A DNA stretch of 64,000 nt from Basidiobolus meristosporus CBS 931.73. Its lineage: Eukaryota; Fungi; Basidiobolomycota. Of the stretch, positions 28,901-41,874 are shown piece after piece. The stretch covers positions 55,638 to 119,637 of the forward strand of contig MCFE01000238.1 in NCBI GenBank assembly GCA_002104905.1, given 5' to 3'. Numbering within the stretch: position 1 is the stretch's first letter; each line of letters begins with the position of its first letter. The translations under genes and the position numbers were made by a program. Below the pieces are notes generated by a model. The model was not told the DNA's origin and made no database searches. It saw only the letters and a program-made list of their open reading frames with translations.

Positions 28901-29870
28901 GGACTGGGCGCAGGACGTTCAAGTGAATCATATCTATGGATTTGCAATGACGGTGGGTAAATTAAAATTGGCTATAGTGCGAATATTTCGCTCTAAATGG
29001 ATATTCTTGTGGAGGACGTGATTTGGATCTCATGGCTGTAAATGATTTCTCATGATTTTCCCCGCTAAATATCGACCAACAAGATTATAAGTAATATATA
29101 GAACTCGCGGCACCTCGATCATTTTATCCGAGTCAACTTTCATTGAATCCCATGTTACCCGGTTTTGCCAAGTACCAATCCACAAATCGGATTGTTCCAA
29201 ACCAGTGTTACTCATTGTTCAGTTCAGTCCTGTAGGCTACTCTTTCACTACTTGAATTGTGCAAAAGAACTTCTTCTATTTGTGATATCATACCCCACGG
29301 AGGCGCTTGACAACTGAGCATTTTAATCTATGCGAATCTGGCAAAACAGCAGCTAGCAATCAATGAACGCACTTGTCACTAGTTGTGCTCTGCTTAGCAT
29401 CATCTCTATCACGTTGACAAACACAAGGGCGCTATGATGCTTGGTGCTGATCAGGCGACGGCGAAATGTCTTAGTTGTTTTGTTTCTGCCCTCAGCTTGG
29501 TGCATGGAGCCGGCTGAGGAGGGACTCGATGTTTCTGCTGCGACCGCCTCCAAGATATATAAATGAATAAATTTCAATATGTAGCGCTGCGATCCGTCAT
29601 TGGTCACAAGCGTATGATCTAGATAAATTTCAATCAACACCTACCACTTGGGTTAGTTCTGGAATTGAAGGGGAAGGTATCAAATGAGTTGTGCACCTGT
29701 TCCTAAACTGGTTGGCACCAAGTTGCCCAACTTGATAATAGAATTCGATGGTGTACAAACAGGTCATGAAAGTCCATTCTAAACTGGGGGTGCCGAAATT
29801 TGATTTCTATATAAGAGGACACTCTTGGTGCTAATCTTATCTTGCTATACCAACTTTCATACATTGTCAA

Positions 29871-30551
29871 ATGCGTCGTCCTTCTATCAAGCGCTCTGCT
29901 TCAGTCACAGACCAATATTCCGAAGACGCAGTGTACAAGGTACTTGAGTATGCCGACTATAAAACTTTGACGTCGGTCATGGGAAACTACAAGGAGTGCC
30001 GGGACATGGTTGGTACAATTGTTGAGCGTCGCCTGAGACGACATCACCTTCTACTTGTCGTTCACCAGGATGTGAGTGAGAAGGCCACCTTTAAGTTCGA
30101 GTTTTCCTCCTTTGACACCAGTTCTGGGGTTGCTACTTTCCGAGCCATCCCTGCTGTGGCCCAGTTTCAGCGAAGCCATTCAGTAAAACCCACCATTTCA
30201 CAAATTTTCATCGGCAATGACCAACACAACGTTCTCTCGAGGCCCGTTGCACTTAATATCGGTCGCATTGATATACGAAGTGTATCGAGTAAATCTGACT
30301 GGACTTTCATTTACGAGACCGAATGCAATACCGCTTATCGTGACGAAGATCGCATTGTAGTCCCTATAAGCTTTGAGTGTCGTTTGGATTTCTTTATGCC
30401 TTCCACTCCTACCTCACCGACCAAGAAGGTTGCCGGGCTGTTCCGACGCAATTCGTGGAAAAAGGAGCTACTTCAACAGTACGAAGATATGCACCATCGT
30501 TTGAGTACAAACCCAAAAATAGGCCGTGACGAACCACTAATTTGCCTGTAA
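29871..30551 (+). CDS. Intronless 226-aa protein with F-box-like N-terminus; paralogue of 48776-49438
   Basis: YSEDAVYKVLEYADYKTL, ERRLRRHHL and WTFIYE..EDRIVVPISFECRLDFF align by eye to the 48.8-kb ORF. Confidence 0.65.
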   Translation: MRRPSIKRSASVTDQYSEDAVYKVLEYADYKTLTSVMGNYKECRDMVGTIVERRLRRHHLLLVVHQDVSEKATFKFEFSSFDTSSGVATFRAIPAVAQFQRSHSVKPTISQIFIGNDQHNVLSRPVALNIGRIDIRSVSSKSDWTFIYETECNTAYRDEDRIVVPISFECRLDFFMPSTPTSPTKKVAGLFRRNSWKKELLQQYEDMHHRLSTNPKIGRDEPLICL

Positions 30552-32297
30552 TATCAACCTTCTAAATTATGGATGTATATTTGTGTACAGACCGCACGTT
30601 GGTCAAGGCATACTCAAGCTTGACATGTAACATAACATTAAATGGCTGTGTCGAAATGGAGCCTTTTTGGAATCTTGGTAGCGAAATAAACCATACGTTA
30701 CTCAGGGTATATTGATAGTTACTCAGATGACAACTTCCCTATACGTATGTGAAACGACTCTTCAAAATATCAGTGGTATTCCATTACTGATTTAGAGTCC
30801 TGAGTACAGGATTGGCTGGTGCGTCTGGGTGTTGCATCGATTCACAGATGCCTAGTTGTTCTTGCATGCCTAAGTCGTCTATAGTAAAACTACCAAAGTA
30901 TCGTCTGATGAGGCTATCTCCACGCGACTCATGAAAATGTGAATTCATGGCAAAGGTGCATAACTATATCATGAAATTATGCAAGGTAACAAACACTAAC
31001 TCAATATACAAATGCCCAAGCGTAGTGTTACTAATTATCGATGACATGCACCTCCTCAGCGATGCTTTGCAGCGAGTTACAAGGCACGCGATTAATCTGT
31101 TTGCCAGAAAAGTCATTTCGGAGCACCCTAGCCTCAGCCTATATCATATCTTTAGTTTGGTGATCCACAAGAGATCTACTGAAAACATTTCGGCGGCATG
31201 AATACTAATTTGCACCGCCAGTACTAGTTAAAGCTTTACAACGACCAATTATGCATAAGAATTTGAAGCAATTGCGATTGAACTAATACTCATATGTGTG
31301 GGGTTGAAGGAGGCACCGGACCAATTTTTTCTAAAAATAAAGATCTTGAAGACCCCGATATTTGATCCAAGTATTGATTCTAGGGCACGCTCTATCTTTA
31401 ACATAAGTTCGGCAAGGTGGGAAGAACCGAGTGTAAGTAGAGTTCTGAATGAGTCGCTCCAGATATCCTGAATTATGCATGATGGCCCCAGTACAAAGCA
31501 TTGTTCTTCAATGAGAACCCCGTACAACGAGGGGTTCAGCTGTGCTGAATGTGGAGTTGGAAATCTAGTTCATGTCAAATTTTTGCTCACAGGACATGGT
31601 GTACTCAGAATCTACATCGAAGAATCTATACTGAATCGAAATCTCAAAGAGAACCCGATTGAAGCGGAAATATTATTCTCATATGTAGTATTCTTAATAC
31701 AGTCTGATGGTGTAACTCCCTCAACCCCATGAACATCTTGTTTCGGGAAAAAGAATATGGGAATTATCAAGCATGGCGATGGGTTTGGATAGTTTTACAT
31801 GAGAGCGCAGCAGCCTTACATCTGTACGAATGAAGGAAGTTTATTGGCATATGAGGATAGAGGAGCGTGGTTTATGGTTATTTATACAACACTATATCGG
31901 ACATTGTTATTAAGTCTTCGAGGCTGCGAAGACAAATCATTTAATTGGAACTGGAGACCATTTGTATGTATTGTAAATAGCTGCATATTTATTAAGTTAG
32001 AATTGATAATTGGATAGTATTCCATTATTGTCTATACTTGATATTCAACACTCGATTGGCGATGGCATGAGAACATAGGCCCAATCTAGTGCTTTCTACA
32101 ATCAATTCCAACTTTCGCCGGCAAAATTTGGAGGATTGCTTGGCTGGCCTCAGGTGTTCGGTGAGGATGGGATTCACTCTATACTGGAGTTGTCATATGT
32201 GACAGGTAAGGTATTGACAATGAGTGGTGAATAATTACAATATATGTGCGAAGAATATGCACAGCAAAAGGATTGCTGGGGGCTACTGGTGTGTGTA

Positions 32298-32978
32298 TTA
32301 CACCTGGCTACCACACAGTTCATAAGCCGGCGTGCGCCCTAGGACGTCATCTCTTGTTACTTCAGCTGCTTGTAGGATTCGATCACGTAGATTGCGAGGA
32401 ACACGCATGTCTTTGGCTGCTTTCATAAGATTCTTCATGACGGCATCAAAATGTGCGTCGGTCAGGTCAAGAAGTCGCTTGTGAGCTGATCGCATCTTTC
32501 GCATGTTGATAGGCTTGCCTCCCAGCAAGTGAACCAAGAACACTGTCTGCATACGTTGCAGCCTCTCGATATTGATGCCATGGAAGAACGCCCGGGTCTT
32601 CTTATCAGTAAGGTTATAATGGTAGAACCGCTCGACGATCTGTTCAACTCGGTCCTCACCCAATATTTCCAGTATTGTTGGCTCGCCATCTTTCCTATAT
32701 TCTGGCTGCATCTCCATTATGTTTCCAATAGGATGTGCAAAAGGACATCCACCTGCAGTGCTCTGCTGGTCGGAATAGCCTGAATCGGCTCTGCGGGAAG
32801 AGGCCAGATACGTGGAGTATTTGTACTTCTTATCATTACAGCTCGCCGTATCAATACCGGCAGTTTTTTCTGAGGGTGAAGACTTTCTAGTGAGACTGTC
32901 ACGAGAGCGAAAACTCTTGTGTAAAGAGCTAATAGAGGGGGATCTTTTGTAACCAAAAACGCTAGAGAGAAAGTCCAT
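32298..32978 (-). CDS. Group I truncated (2/2) haemoglobin with N-terminal extension
   Basis: LGEDRVEQIVERFY..FF..LQRMQTVFLVHLLGG..MRSAH..LTDAHFDAVMKNL: B9-B10 FY, E11 Q, proximal F8 His. ATG at 32978. Confidence 0.88.
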   Translation of the reverse strand: MDFLSSVFGYKRSPSISSLHKSFRSRDSLTRKSSPSEKTAGIDTASCNDKKYKYSTYLASSRRADSGYSDQQSTAGGCPFAHPIGNIMEMQPEYRKDGEPTILEILGEDRVEQIVERFYHYNLTDKKTRAFFHGINIERLQRMQTVFLVHLLGGKPINMRKMRSAHKRLLDLTDAHFDAVMKNLMKAAKDMRVPRNLRDRILQAAEVTRDDVLGRTPAYELCGSQV

Positions 32979-34777
32979 GTTATTGCGATTTTCTATGAAG
33001 ATATGTCCGAGTTGTCCTAACCGACACCTGGTCTGGGTTTTATATACAGGGATTAGCGCCCTCTCAGATTCTAAAACCTTCGCTCGAAATCGCACAGTCT
33101 GGGCTTTCAAAGAGCCTTGGTATGGATTGTTCATTGTACTTCACCTGTGCTACCCCATATTACATTTCTTCAACAACCTCCTATTTTTAGTATTCCGTTT
33201 TACCATGAGCCATAACCTAATTGATAACCGATGCCCGAAATGGCCACCTGGCTATTTACTACCTTTCTTGTACATGCTCCTCCGACAGAGCTATCAAGTA
33301 GAATTAAATAGTACTATGGTCCTGGAGTCTGCATCCAAATCAGAAGAGCCTTTGAGAGATTTATGACGTCAATCCAAACCGCGAGCCTGGGCCTTAGCAA
33401 CTGAAACAAGGTTAAGACGATCATGGCAACTTCAGACGCATGGGAAATAATCAATTAGGCGCACGGAGTTACTTCACAGTGGCGGCCATGGCACATAATG
33501 CAGTCCCAAATGCACATTATCACGGTGGAATTCACCCGAGCCATCAGGTAAAGTAAAGGGCCGAGGATGTGCCTAATCGCCCGGTTTGGGCTCCATATCA
33601 AACATGTGGAGGGATGTTTTGCCAAGGGCCGCTGAATGGAGCGAGCCTTGGTTGCTTGGCTTTTTCAGTGGCCATCGCTAGCCAAAGAGGGCTTATCCAT
33701 CAGTAGGATGATCGTCCTGATTAACGTTACTTACGCAATTGATCTTTGTCGTATCACAGTCCAATGGGTGCTATTTCAAACCACGCCAGTGTGAGGCGAT
33801 GGCACAAAAGGAGTGTTTGTCATTAGCCTCAACCTAGATTCTGCTCTGCGCTTCAGCAAAACTGGTGTCCAAACTTGTTTGTAGGATAAAGACTGAAATC
33901 TAGGCAGTTATACCAGATGGGAGTTGCGGTTTTTACATCACTACCGATTTGTGTCTCACATGGGACTGAAGGCTTAGTAGATATCGTATGGAAGAGACAA
34001 AATCCGAAGTACTTGGCTTCACGTGGGCAGCTTGGTGGGTACGGTGTGCAACCCCTTGCGTCTTTTAGTTTGGTTTGACGTTTTTTCTACTCTACGATGT
34101 AAGATGGAATCGATTCAGATAACCTGTCTGCATCGACTAGCTTTCAGATACTTGTGAATATTTGGGCAATCTGCCCAAGTGAAGGTCTAGAATCGTTGGA
34201 TTGCTACAAGTACTTGTCTAATTCATTTAGGTAACCAAGTTGGTTGGATTTGGCTGCTGGCTATTAGTATGGCTCAGCCCACGGCGAGTGCTTCTACATT
34301 GCGTTTGTTCGACTAATTACCTATCCATTGCACAGGGTGCGTACATGCGCACTTTCGAAATCCGACCTTCCCAAGTATATGGGTGCTGATCTGGCGCTTC
34401 AACAGCTGCTTCCTTGATGGTTGCGAGCGGGCAGTGGTCCAATATAGAGGAGTAGGTTGACCATTAATCGACATAACTGCACACCACCTGAACGTGTCAA
34501 CATGAATCACTTCTGTCGAATGACCCGTACACCTGATGCTTCATCTAGTTGATATAGCTAGTCGAACTGCTTGGATACATCTTGATTTGCCATATCTTGT
34601 CCGCTAGTGATATGCTGGGCATGATGGAAATGTTGAACACGTGGAAATTCTTTGAGAATTTAGTGTCATCTCATTGCACATAAATCGGATGATGAGCACG
34701 CGATGAACACCAGATTTATTCATATCAAGGAGTTGGCAGTGAGTCATGGATTGATCAAGCACCCGATTATCACCCAT

Positions 34778-37266
34778 TCACCCATAATAGAGTAACACTT
34801 GCTTTCCTTTTTTCTTCCTATCGCCAGAAACAGTGATATCCGCCACTTGGTCACTAGGGGCTTCCTTCTGCTTCCCCCAGGCGCTTTCCACTTTTCCACC
34901 TCTGTTCGATAGTCCCGGAATTTTCGGGCGTTTAGGTGCTTCCGGGAGCGAAGGGAAATGTTCCATCGGGCTTTTCGCTTTTGGTGGAGCTGGTGATACC
35001 AAATGTGGCACAGCTTTTCCTGACCAAGGTGTGGTCGAACCGGAATTGGCTGATGGTCTCGGTGCTGCAGAAGCTGATGGACGTGAGGCTGGTGGGTTAT
35101 TGACTATGGTGGGAGTTTGTTTGGGGGCGGGTGGAGCCCGATTCCGAGTTTTCGCTTTGCTGCTGCCACCAAGTTGTCCAGCTTTTGCTTGTTTGGGCTT
35201 AATAACTAATACGCGCCTAGCTGCACCATCCGAGGCGGATGGATCATTCGATGCTTTGCTGGTCTCTAAAATAGGGAAATCCTGGTTATCCTGTGAGACA
35301 TTTGTGAGTAAAACGGCGGAGAGTAATCTTCAATTGAGCTCATATACCTGGATTTTGCGATCATGCCAGGCCGATAACAGCTCTTGCTTTTTCCTCTCGA
35401 TATCTAGCAGGCCTGCGACTCCATTGATGATTTTACCAGTAATCGGAAGATGATCTTTGGTTACTGGGACTAGTCGTTGAATGGCATCGATATACTGTGA
35501 AACGGCGATTCGATTGCTCCGATACGAGGCAGTTAGCTGCTTGAAATTGGTGACTCGCTCGTCGTTTCCTCCCAAGTATCCTGTCAGTCGGTTCAGAAAT
35601 GAGGCGTGATTACTGGTGGCAAGGGCAGATTTAGTGGAAGTCTCAACAAGTCATAATGCCATAATGCCTAACCTCAATATCTCCTTGTTCGTGGGGGTGG
35701 AAGTCTTCGCCGCTGGTGGTTTGCTACTGGGTTGGCTAGGTGCTATCAGGCTTTGATTTTCAGCTCTAGAGGGCTCGTTGGCTGTCTGCGCATCACTGCT
35801 TGAGGTGGAGGGAGCTTCATCCGTTAGCGTGCTGCCAAACTCTGGTGGGGGATTTAATCTCCCCTTTAGCTTGCCTCTCCTGGAATCCTTATTATGGCTG
35901 GCTGGCTTGGACCCTGTGTCTTTAGAGCCTGAAGGTTGCTCCTTCCGGTTCTGACGGCTCTCCTTCATTTTTGAAAAGTTTTGGGTGAGTTTGCATTGCC
36001 ATGGGGATTCGTTACTCTGCGTGAGCATACCTGACGGCCACCTGCACTACGACTGTGGCTTCTATTATTATCCCGATAAGAGAAATTGACCTCAATCTGT
36101 CTGACCTGCTTTAGATGAGCTCTCTGGTTAGCGGAGCCTCGGTGTTCTTCAACCTTGATTGAAATATATATTATTTTTCGAACGGGAATCAACGAGTGGT
36201 TTGCGTTTAGCCATTACCAGATGAGCTTTGAGATCAATATCCGACTGGAAGACCACGAATTTCTTGTTCAAACATTCTTGGTACGTACACAGGAAGTGAT
36301 CATTCAAGAAATGCTGCTCCAACGTTCCATAACTAGCATAGTAATCATGTCGACCAGAGCCATTACGAATACAAATGTGGCATTGCTCATGCTTATCGCG
36401 ACAGTGCTCGAAAAGTTGATCGCCATCGTAGAAATGGATGCTACAGAACTGACATTCCGGATGCCCCTTAAAGCCAGTAGTCTTGGTGGAGTTCTTAGAA
36501 TCCCCGACTGTCATGTGCCTTTGGAGCTGCGCGTGTGTGAATACAGTGTGCTCGTGGGAAAACACCTTCTTGTGTTTGACACAAATCTCGCTAGATAGGT
36601 TTCAGGGATGTTAGTGAAATCTCAATATTCTCAGGCTTGCTAAGGGTAACCAACCATAAGGATCGCTGGTGCACAGTATTAACATGCTCTTCAAGTCCAG
36701 CCCAGCTATTCTCGGAGTGGAAATCACATTTTTTATCTGGGCAATTGATACGTAGGATAGTTTGGATTTCATCGTGCAGCTTTTGTGTATCAAAATACAC
36801 CGAGGCAACCGTATCTTGAGCTGGTAACTCCTTCAAAACGAACTGTTCAAAAAGTTTCTCCGGATCTCTAGTGAATACCACAGATTTAAGCTCAGTCTAT
36901 ACTGTTGTGGTTAGATACTGCACCATTTGACTTGGGTAGAATATCTTCTTGATATATTACCTTACAATATCCGCAAGTTTTATTTCTATAAAGAACTCTC
37001 AGGCGTAAGGAGCACAAGTGACACGTCCGGTGATTACACACGCCGACTGAGTAGCATGAAATCGGCTCAGTACAAATGAAGCAGTGCTCAACTTGATTGT
37101 TTTCAGCCTCAGGGGTATCTGCCTTGGGTGGTTTAGACGGTTCAATTCTATATTCTTTTTTGGGTCTTGCACTGTGGCTAAGTCTGTTCGACTGAGGCTG
37201 CGTACTGTCTCCCTCGCTAGGGCTTTGTTTAACCTCACTGCTCACTTCGTGGTGTTGAATCGACAT
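34778..37266 (-). CDS. HEL2: RING/C2H2 E3 ubiquitin ligase Hel2/ZNF598 (multi-exon)
   Basis: CFICTE..GVCNHRTCHLCSLRLRVLY..CGYCK, GFKGHPECQFC, LFEHCRDKHEQCHIC, KKFVVFQSDIDLKAH; C-terminal FPSLP and KGKQVL. Confidence 0.9.
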
Positions 37267-37643
37267 GGTCAACGGCTAGAGAATCGAAGTTGAAGGCAGC
37301 CTAGAGCTGAAGTGCAAACCCAGGATTTTTTTGCACAAAATTGGCCTATTTAGACGATAGCTGATATACTCCAACCTATTAAGATAAGATTTTAGTCCGT
37401 ATTTGGGTCAATATTTGGTAGTTACCAGATTAGGGAAAGCTAACTTACTTGCAAAAAATCGCTTAGCCAATTAAATCGGAGTCAAGAGTTTAGCAAAGAT
37501 GATGGGTATTCAATGTAACTCCTGCGAAGACCACACAGGAGTCTTAGAGTCTTCTCTGGATGAAGTATGGCATCGTAGCTGCCAATGACTAAATTCATAT
37601 GTCCTGGATACAGGTTGAGTGTATTTTGATAGAACATTGGATA

Positions 37644-37668
37644 GGGTTAGGGTATGGGTATGGGCGGG
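37644..37668 (+). other. G-quadruplex-consensus, telomere-like motif GGGTTAGGGTATGGGTATGGGCGGG
   Basis: Five G3 tracts with 1-3-nt loops, in the divergent intergenic region upstream of HEL2. Confidence 0.5.
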
Positions 37669-38528
37669 ACAATGATTCAAAGGATTGTTTAACAAGTTGC
37701 ATACACACACAGCCTATAGGAATTTCGTTTAGATTCAGCAGGCTCTATATTTGGAATTACGTTCAGTAATCATGTTCCTGAAGTCATGAACGCATCAATC
37801 AATTGCAAAATCAAGATTAAGCAACCACTTGCCAATGATAGCTTCGTCGGTACAGAACGTCGCGTTCCGCCAGAATCCATAGTTTCAGAAGCGCAATAAA
37901 CTCGTAAAAGCCGTCAGAATAAAAGACGCATGTCTTTGAAAACGCCCTTGAGGGGAAAAGAACGCACTTCAAGACTCAGTATCTATAGACTTCCATTAAC
38001 ACCTGTAGAGCTCTCTGAATCTGCTAGTAGCCTTAATTTGATGCGGGAAATTCCTAGTATACAGCCTCGGATAGTGCCAACTCTTGCTTAAAAAAGTGGA
38101 TAACAAATTCGCTACATTCCTGATGCATCCTCCAATGGTCGTCAGCAGATTAATGAATATTCCACTTGAAATTGATATCTAACCGAAATTAGCAGGAGCT
38201 TGGGCTGTAGATTGACAGTTAAGCCTATTGGAAATTCTTTGATAAAACGGATATTGACAATCCCCTGCAAATACGTCAGGATCAATTAAAATAGCCAAAT
38301 AGGAAACCGATTGGCCTGCCCAACGTCCAACTTGGACTTGGGGATTCGGAAGTCCCATAATAATAAACACCAAGGTGCAAATTCTTTTATACTTATACTA
38401 GTTACTTCTATCAACATTCTGCTTGTATAATAGTTATCTTGTCCACACTATACATATTCCTCAATATTACGTTGTTAGAGACTGTATTCTCCCTTTCAGT
38501 CTAGTTTATTACCTAGTGAGTACACTTC

Positions 38529-40076
38529 ATGAAGCCTACTAGTATACTATTGTCCCTCGACTGTATCTATGAAATTCTGGAGTTTCTCAAGGGTGATATG
38601 TGCTCATTGTATTGCTGTTGTCTTGTGAACTCTTCTTGGTTTAAGATAGCAAGCACCATACTATACAGCGACCCTTGCCTGTTTTTCCGCGCCATACCTT
38701 TAGAATCTGAACGCAAAAAACGAGGCAGTCAATTCTTGCGTGTTCTCTATGCTTGCATCTACCCCAAAATCCGGCCTTCTACGGAATTGGAGGACTTGTT
38801 GAACACGGACCGTTTAGGGCCGTTAACCACAGACTATCTGCGGCTAGTCAACAACATTGATTTGAATTCTTTCAGACAACTCGTGCAACTCTTGCTATCA
38901 GGCGATACAGTACAATCTGGAGCTGCCAAATTGCAGACCATTAGCGAATTACGAGCATTATGGAGGATTTATCGAGAGCATTATGCCAAAGTAAGCCTCA
39001 GACAACTTGTTTGGGACGACTGTTTTCCTCTAGAAGATTTTCTCGGCGACCAGACCACCTATACTGCGTTGAGAAAGGTTTCCATAAACTGCCTGCACGG
39101 GGATAATTCGTTGTGCTCCAAGCACCTTGAATCTGTTTGCAGTATTGCTCCTAGACTTTCCACCTTACACATTCATGCACGCCTTTCGAAAGGGGATTTC
39201 ACACAGGTATTCACGAAATTACTTGATGAACGTCCACCAAACACTATGCGCTCTCTGGTTCTCGAAGGAATTACTGTTGATTTAGAGAAGCTCTTAGAAA
39301 GCCTTTACTTAAATCATTGTCAAAGCTTGGAGCATTTGGAGGTTATTGGGTATGATTTGTACTGTGTTTCCCTAGAGAGATTGGCCGAATTTCCCGTCCT
39401 ACGTTGTGTATCCTTGGCTTTCAGCCGGGGCTTAGATGACTTGAAGCTGCACCAGGTATGCAAATGCACGCAACTAAGGGACATCGACGTCTCCAAAACG
39501 GATATTACTCTCACTGGACTCACCCACTTGGTCCAGGCGGTAGGCCCTTACTTGCGTAATTTAGCGCTGAATTATCTCTCTATGAACATTCCTAACGGAC
39601 TAGAGGTGATATCGACACATTGCCCTAATTTAACGAATCTGGAGCTTCGCCGAACAGTGTACAACTGTCACCTGGTACCTCGGCTGATCTCAAGATGCAG
39701 CCGACTGGAGTCGCTCTCATTGGGGGACGAAGTGGGGAATCCACCATCATTCATAAATACAATGGTGATGAGCATCTTCAACTCGGCCACCAGACTCAAA
39801 TCACTAGACCTCGGCTACTGCCATCTTACTATTTCGGTGCTTCCCCTAATTATGCTGAAAACTGAACTTAACATTATTGGCCCTATTCGATGTGTAGGCG
39901 TCGAGTTGAATAGCCTCCCATACAGAAACATGAAGAATATGCCTGAAAACAGGATGCATGGCGTCACGGCTGATGTTTATTACGATGCTACCAAGGGACT
40001 GGAGCTCCCCGTCGTCATTTTTCCACCCACTTTCTTCATCAAGTCACCCAAAATGCAGCCTAGTTCGAGCCTCTAG
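38529..40076 (+). CDS. F-box/leucine-rich-repeat protein (intronless)
   Basis: LSLDCIYEILEFL..LYCCCLVNSSWFKIA..LYSDP, followed by repeated LxxLxL (RNI-like) units. Confidence 0.85.
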   Translation: MKPTSILLSLDCIYEILEFLKGDMCSLYCCCLVNSSWFKIASTILYSDPCLFFRAIPLESERKKRGSQFLRVLYACIYPKIRPSTELEDLLNTDRLGPLTTDYLRLVNNIDLNSFRQLVQLLLSGDTVQSGAAKLQTISELRALWRIYREHYAKVSLRQLVWDDCFPLEDFLGDQTTYTALRKVSINCLHGDNSLCSKHLESVCSIAPRLSTLHIHARLSKGDFTQVFTKLLDERPPNTMRSLVLEGITVDLEKLLESLYLNHCQSLEHLEVIGYDLYCVSLERLAEFPVLRCVSLAFSRGLDDLKLHQVCKCTQLRDIDVSKTDITLTGLTHLVQAVGPYLRNLALNYLSMNIPNGLEVISTHCPNLTNLELRRTVYNCHLVPRLISRCSRLESLSLGDEVGNPPSFINTMVMSIFNSATRLKSLDLGYCHLTISVLPLIMLKTELNIIGPIRCVGVELNSLPYRNMKNMPENRMHGVTADVYYDATKGLELPVVIFPPTFFIKSPKMQPSSSL

Positions 40077-41874
40077 ATCCACGCCACTTATAGCCCCATC
40101 ATCAAGTTTTCATACGACTCGCCGCACAAACTCCGCATTATAGTACCCTCTTCCTTGAAAAGCTTTCACTTAAATCCACTTGTACATTATTCATAGATAT
40201 ATGTTTTGATGAGGATTCCACTTAATCTCCTTTCCGGGCATTTGATACCAGGCTTACGCAATCCACATATTTGTCACATTAATCTGTCTCAATACTAACA
40301 AGTGCACCCCTGACTGCCGACAAAACCACTGCGCGTATTAGGTTTAAGTGGCGATGGCTAATAAACGAATTCACAAGAACAATCCCAAAATTCATGCAGC
40401 GGGCTATGTTAAGAGGTGGTAATGGCAAATGAGCCAGAAGCTTGCTTCTGATTGGCGAACGATGGGCTCAACCCTAACCCAATTTTGAGTTCCAATGCAA
40501 TAACTGGCCATCAAGGTAGAGGTCGCGTTGAGTGGCAAAATCACATGTGTACCACGCTGTATGGGTTCATTTGATATTTTTGAAAGATATTTGCAACCCT
40601 ATCTATTTGCAGCCACACCGGAAGTATCAATATACTCCAAGGATCTAGTACCAAACTGAGTGAGCGGTAAATATTGACCTTCTTGGCGACTCGGTAACTA
40701 CACAACAATAATTTGCATCCTACTCCGAGATGTAGTCACACCTACACAACCCATCCTTTTTGGAATTTCATCTTCCCCCACCCACCACCTCGATCTAGAT
40801 CAGGTAAATCAAAACTGTGGAGGGCTAAAGCTGGATGTAGTTTGACCCAAATGGTGCTAGCCTGCCCCACTTCTAATCTGATCAGCCTCTTCTCTACATC
40901 GTGGTGAATTTAAGTCATGTCATTCGCGTTCATGCGTAGATTCCCTGATTGTGTGGTGTTCAATAGTGCCGTGGCTTGGGAAATCCTGGGCATGCATTTG
41001 TAAATCATTGAGAATCTCACGGCTGAGTCATCCCAAGCAAGTTTCGATTGTGGCGGTGGAGCTGTTGGCAATGTTGCACATCCAAAGTACCAACGCTTTC
41101 GGAAATACCCACCTGATGACCATATGGCATATTGCAAATCCTCAGCCTAGTCTACTGTCCAACAGCACCGCAAATCCTGAACAGATCAGAGAATTCGAAG
41201 CTTGGCAATTTCTTGTCCAAGTGCCACAGATAGCATGTAATGCTGAGCCAAATGAAAGTTGTCAATAAATGGTACAACTTCATTTTCAAACTACAAAACC
41301 TGTTTCACACTCACAAGGTTCATGCCATTTACTCCTACATCGTTAGAGCAGGCTATGATTGGTCAACTCACGTACTAATTATAGCTCCGCTTTAAAATAA
41401 CTGCCCATGTATTAGGGTGCGAAATTTTGCTCTGTTTAGATCGTATTTCAACATAGTGCTAGCTTCATTTCAATAGCCAACAGTGGGGCGATCTTTGCTG
41501 TGCTTTAAAAGGTGCTTTATTCTAGAGAGTTTACAGAAGCATCTTTCGGGACTTAATCGACCTATATTTGATACTGTAACTAATGATGGGAGTTATCGTA
41601 TTCTATGAAGGGTCGGTTAATAACATGCATATTTACGGGTGCGAATATATGGGATTGATGTTCAACAAAATACTGGTAATCCAGTTGTTGGTTATTTTGC
41701 AAAAAATCACAGATAAGAAGAATGGTCAACATGTATTCTATTCCATGAATTGGTGGTGATGCTACTTGATGGAAAATCTCGCAAGGATTAATGCCTGGTT
41801 AGGATACTTTCGCTAATCGCGCTGTGGTGCTGGTCATCACTACATTTCTATATACTCGGTATTTCTCGTCTTCA

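Noticed and set aside
30900-31750. Short ORFs including VLLIIDDMHLL (Walker-B-like)
   Set aside because: No Walker A and no continuous frame; cannot support a gene or TE call.
40469-40480. AACCCTAACCC in a 1.8-kb intergenic gap, flanked by a short CTCAA/TTGAG stem: possible telomerase RNA template
   Set aside because: An 11-mer in any repeat phase or strand is not improbable in 64 kb, and I could not identify a pseudoknot or CR4/5-like domain.
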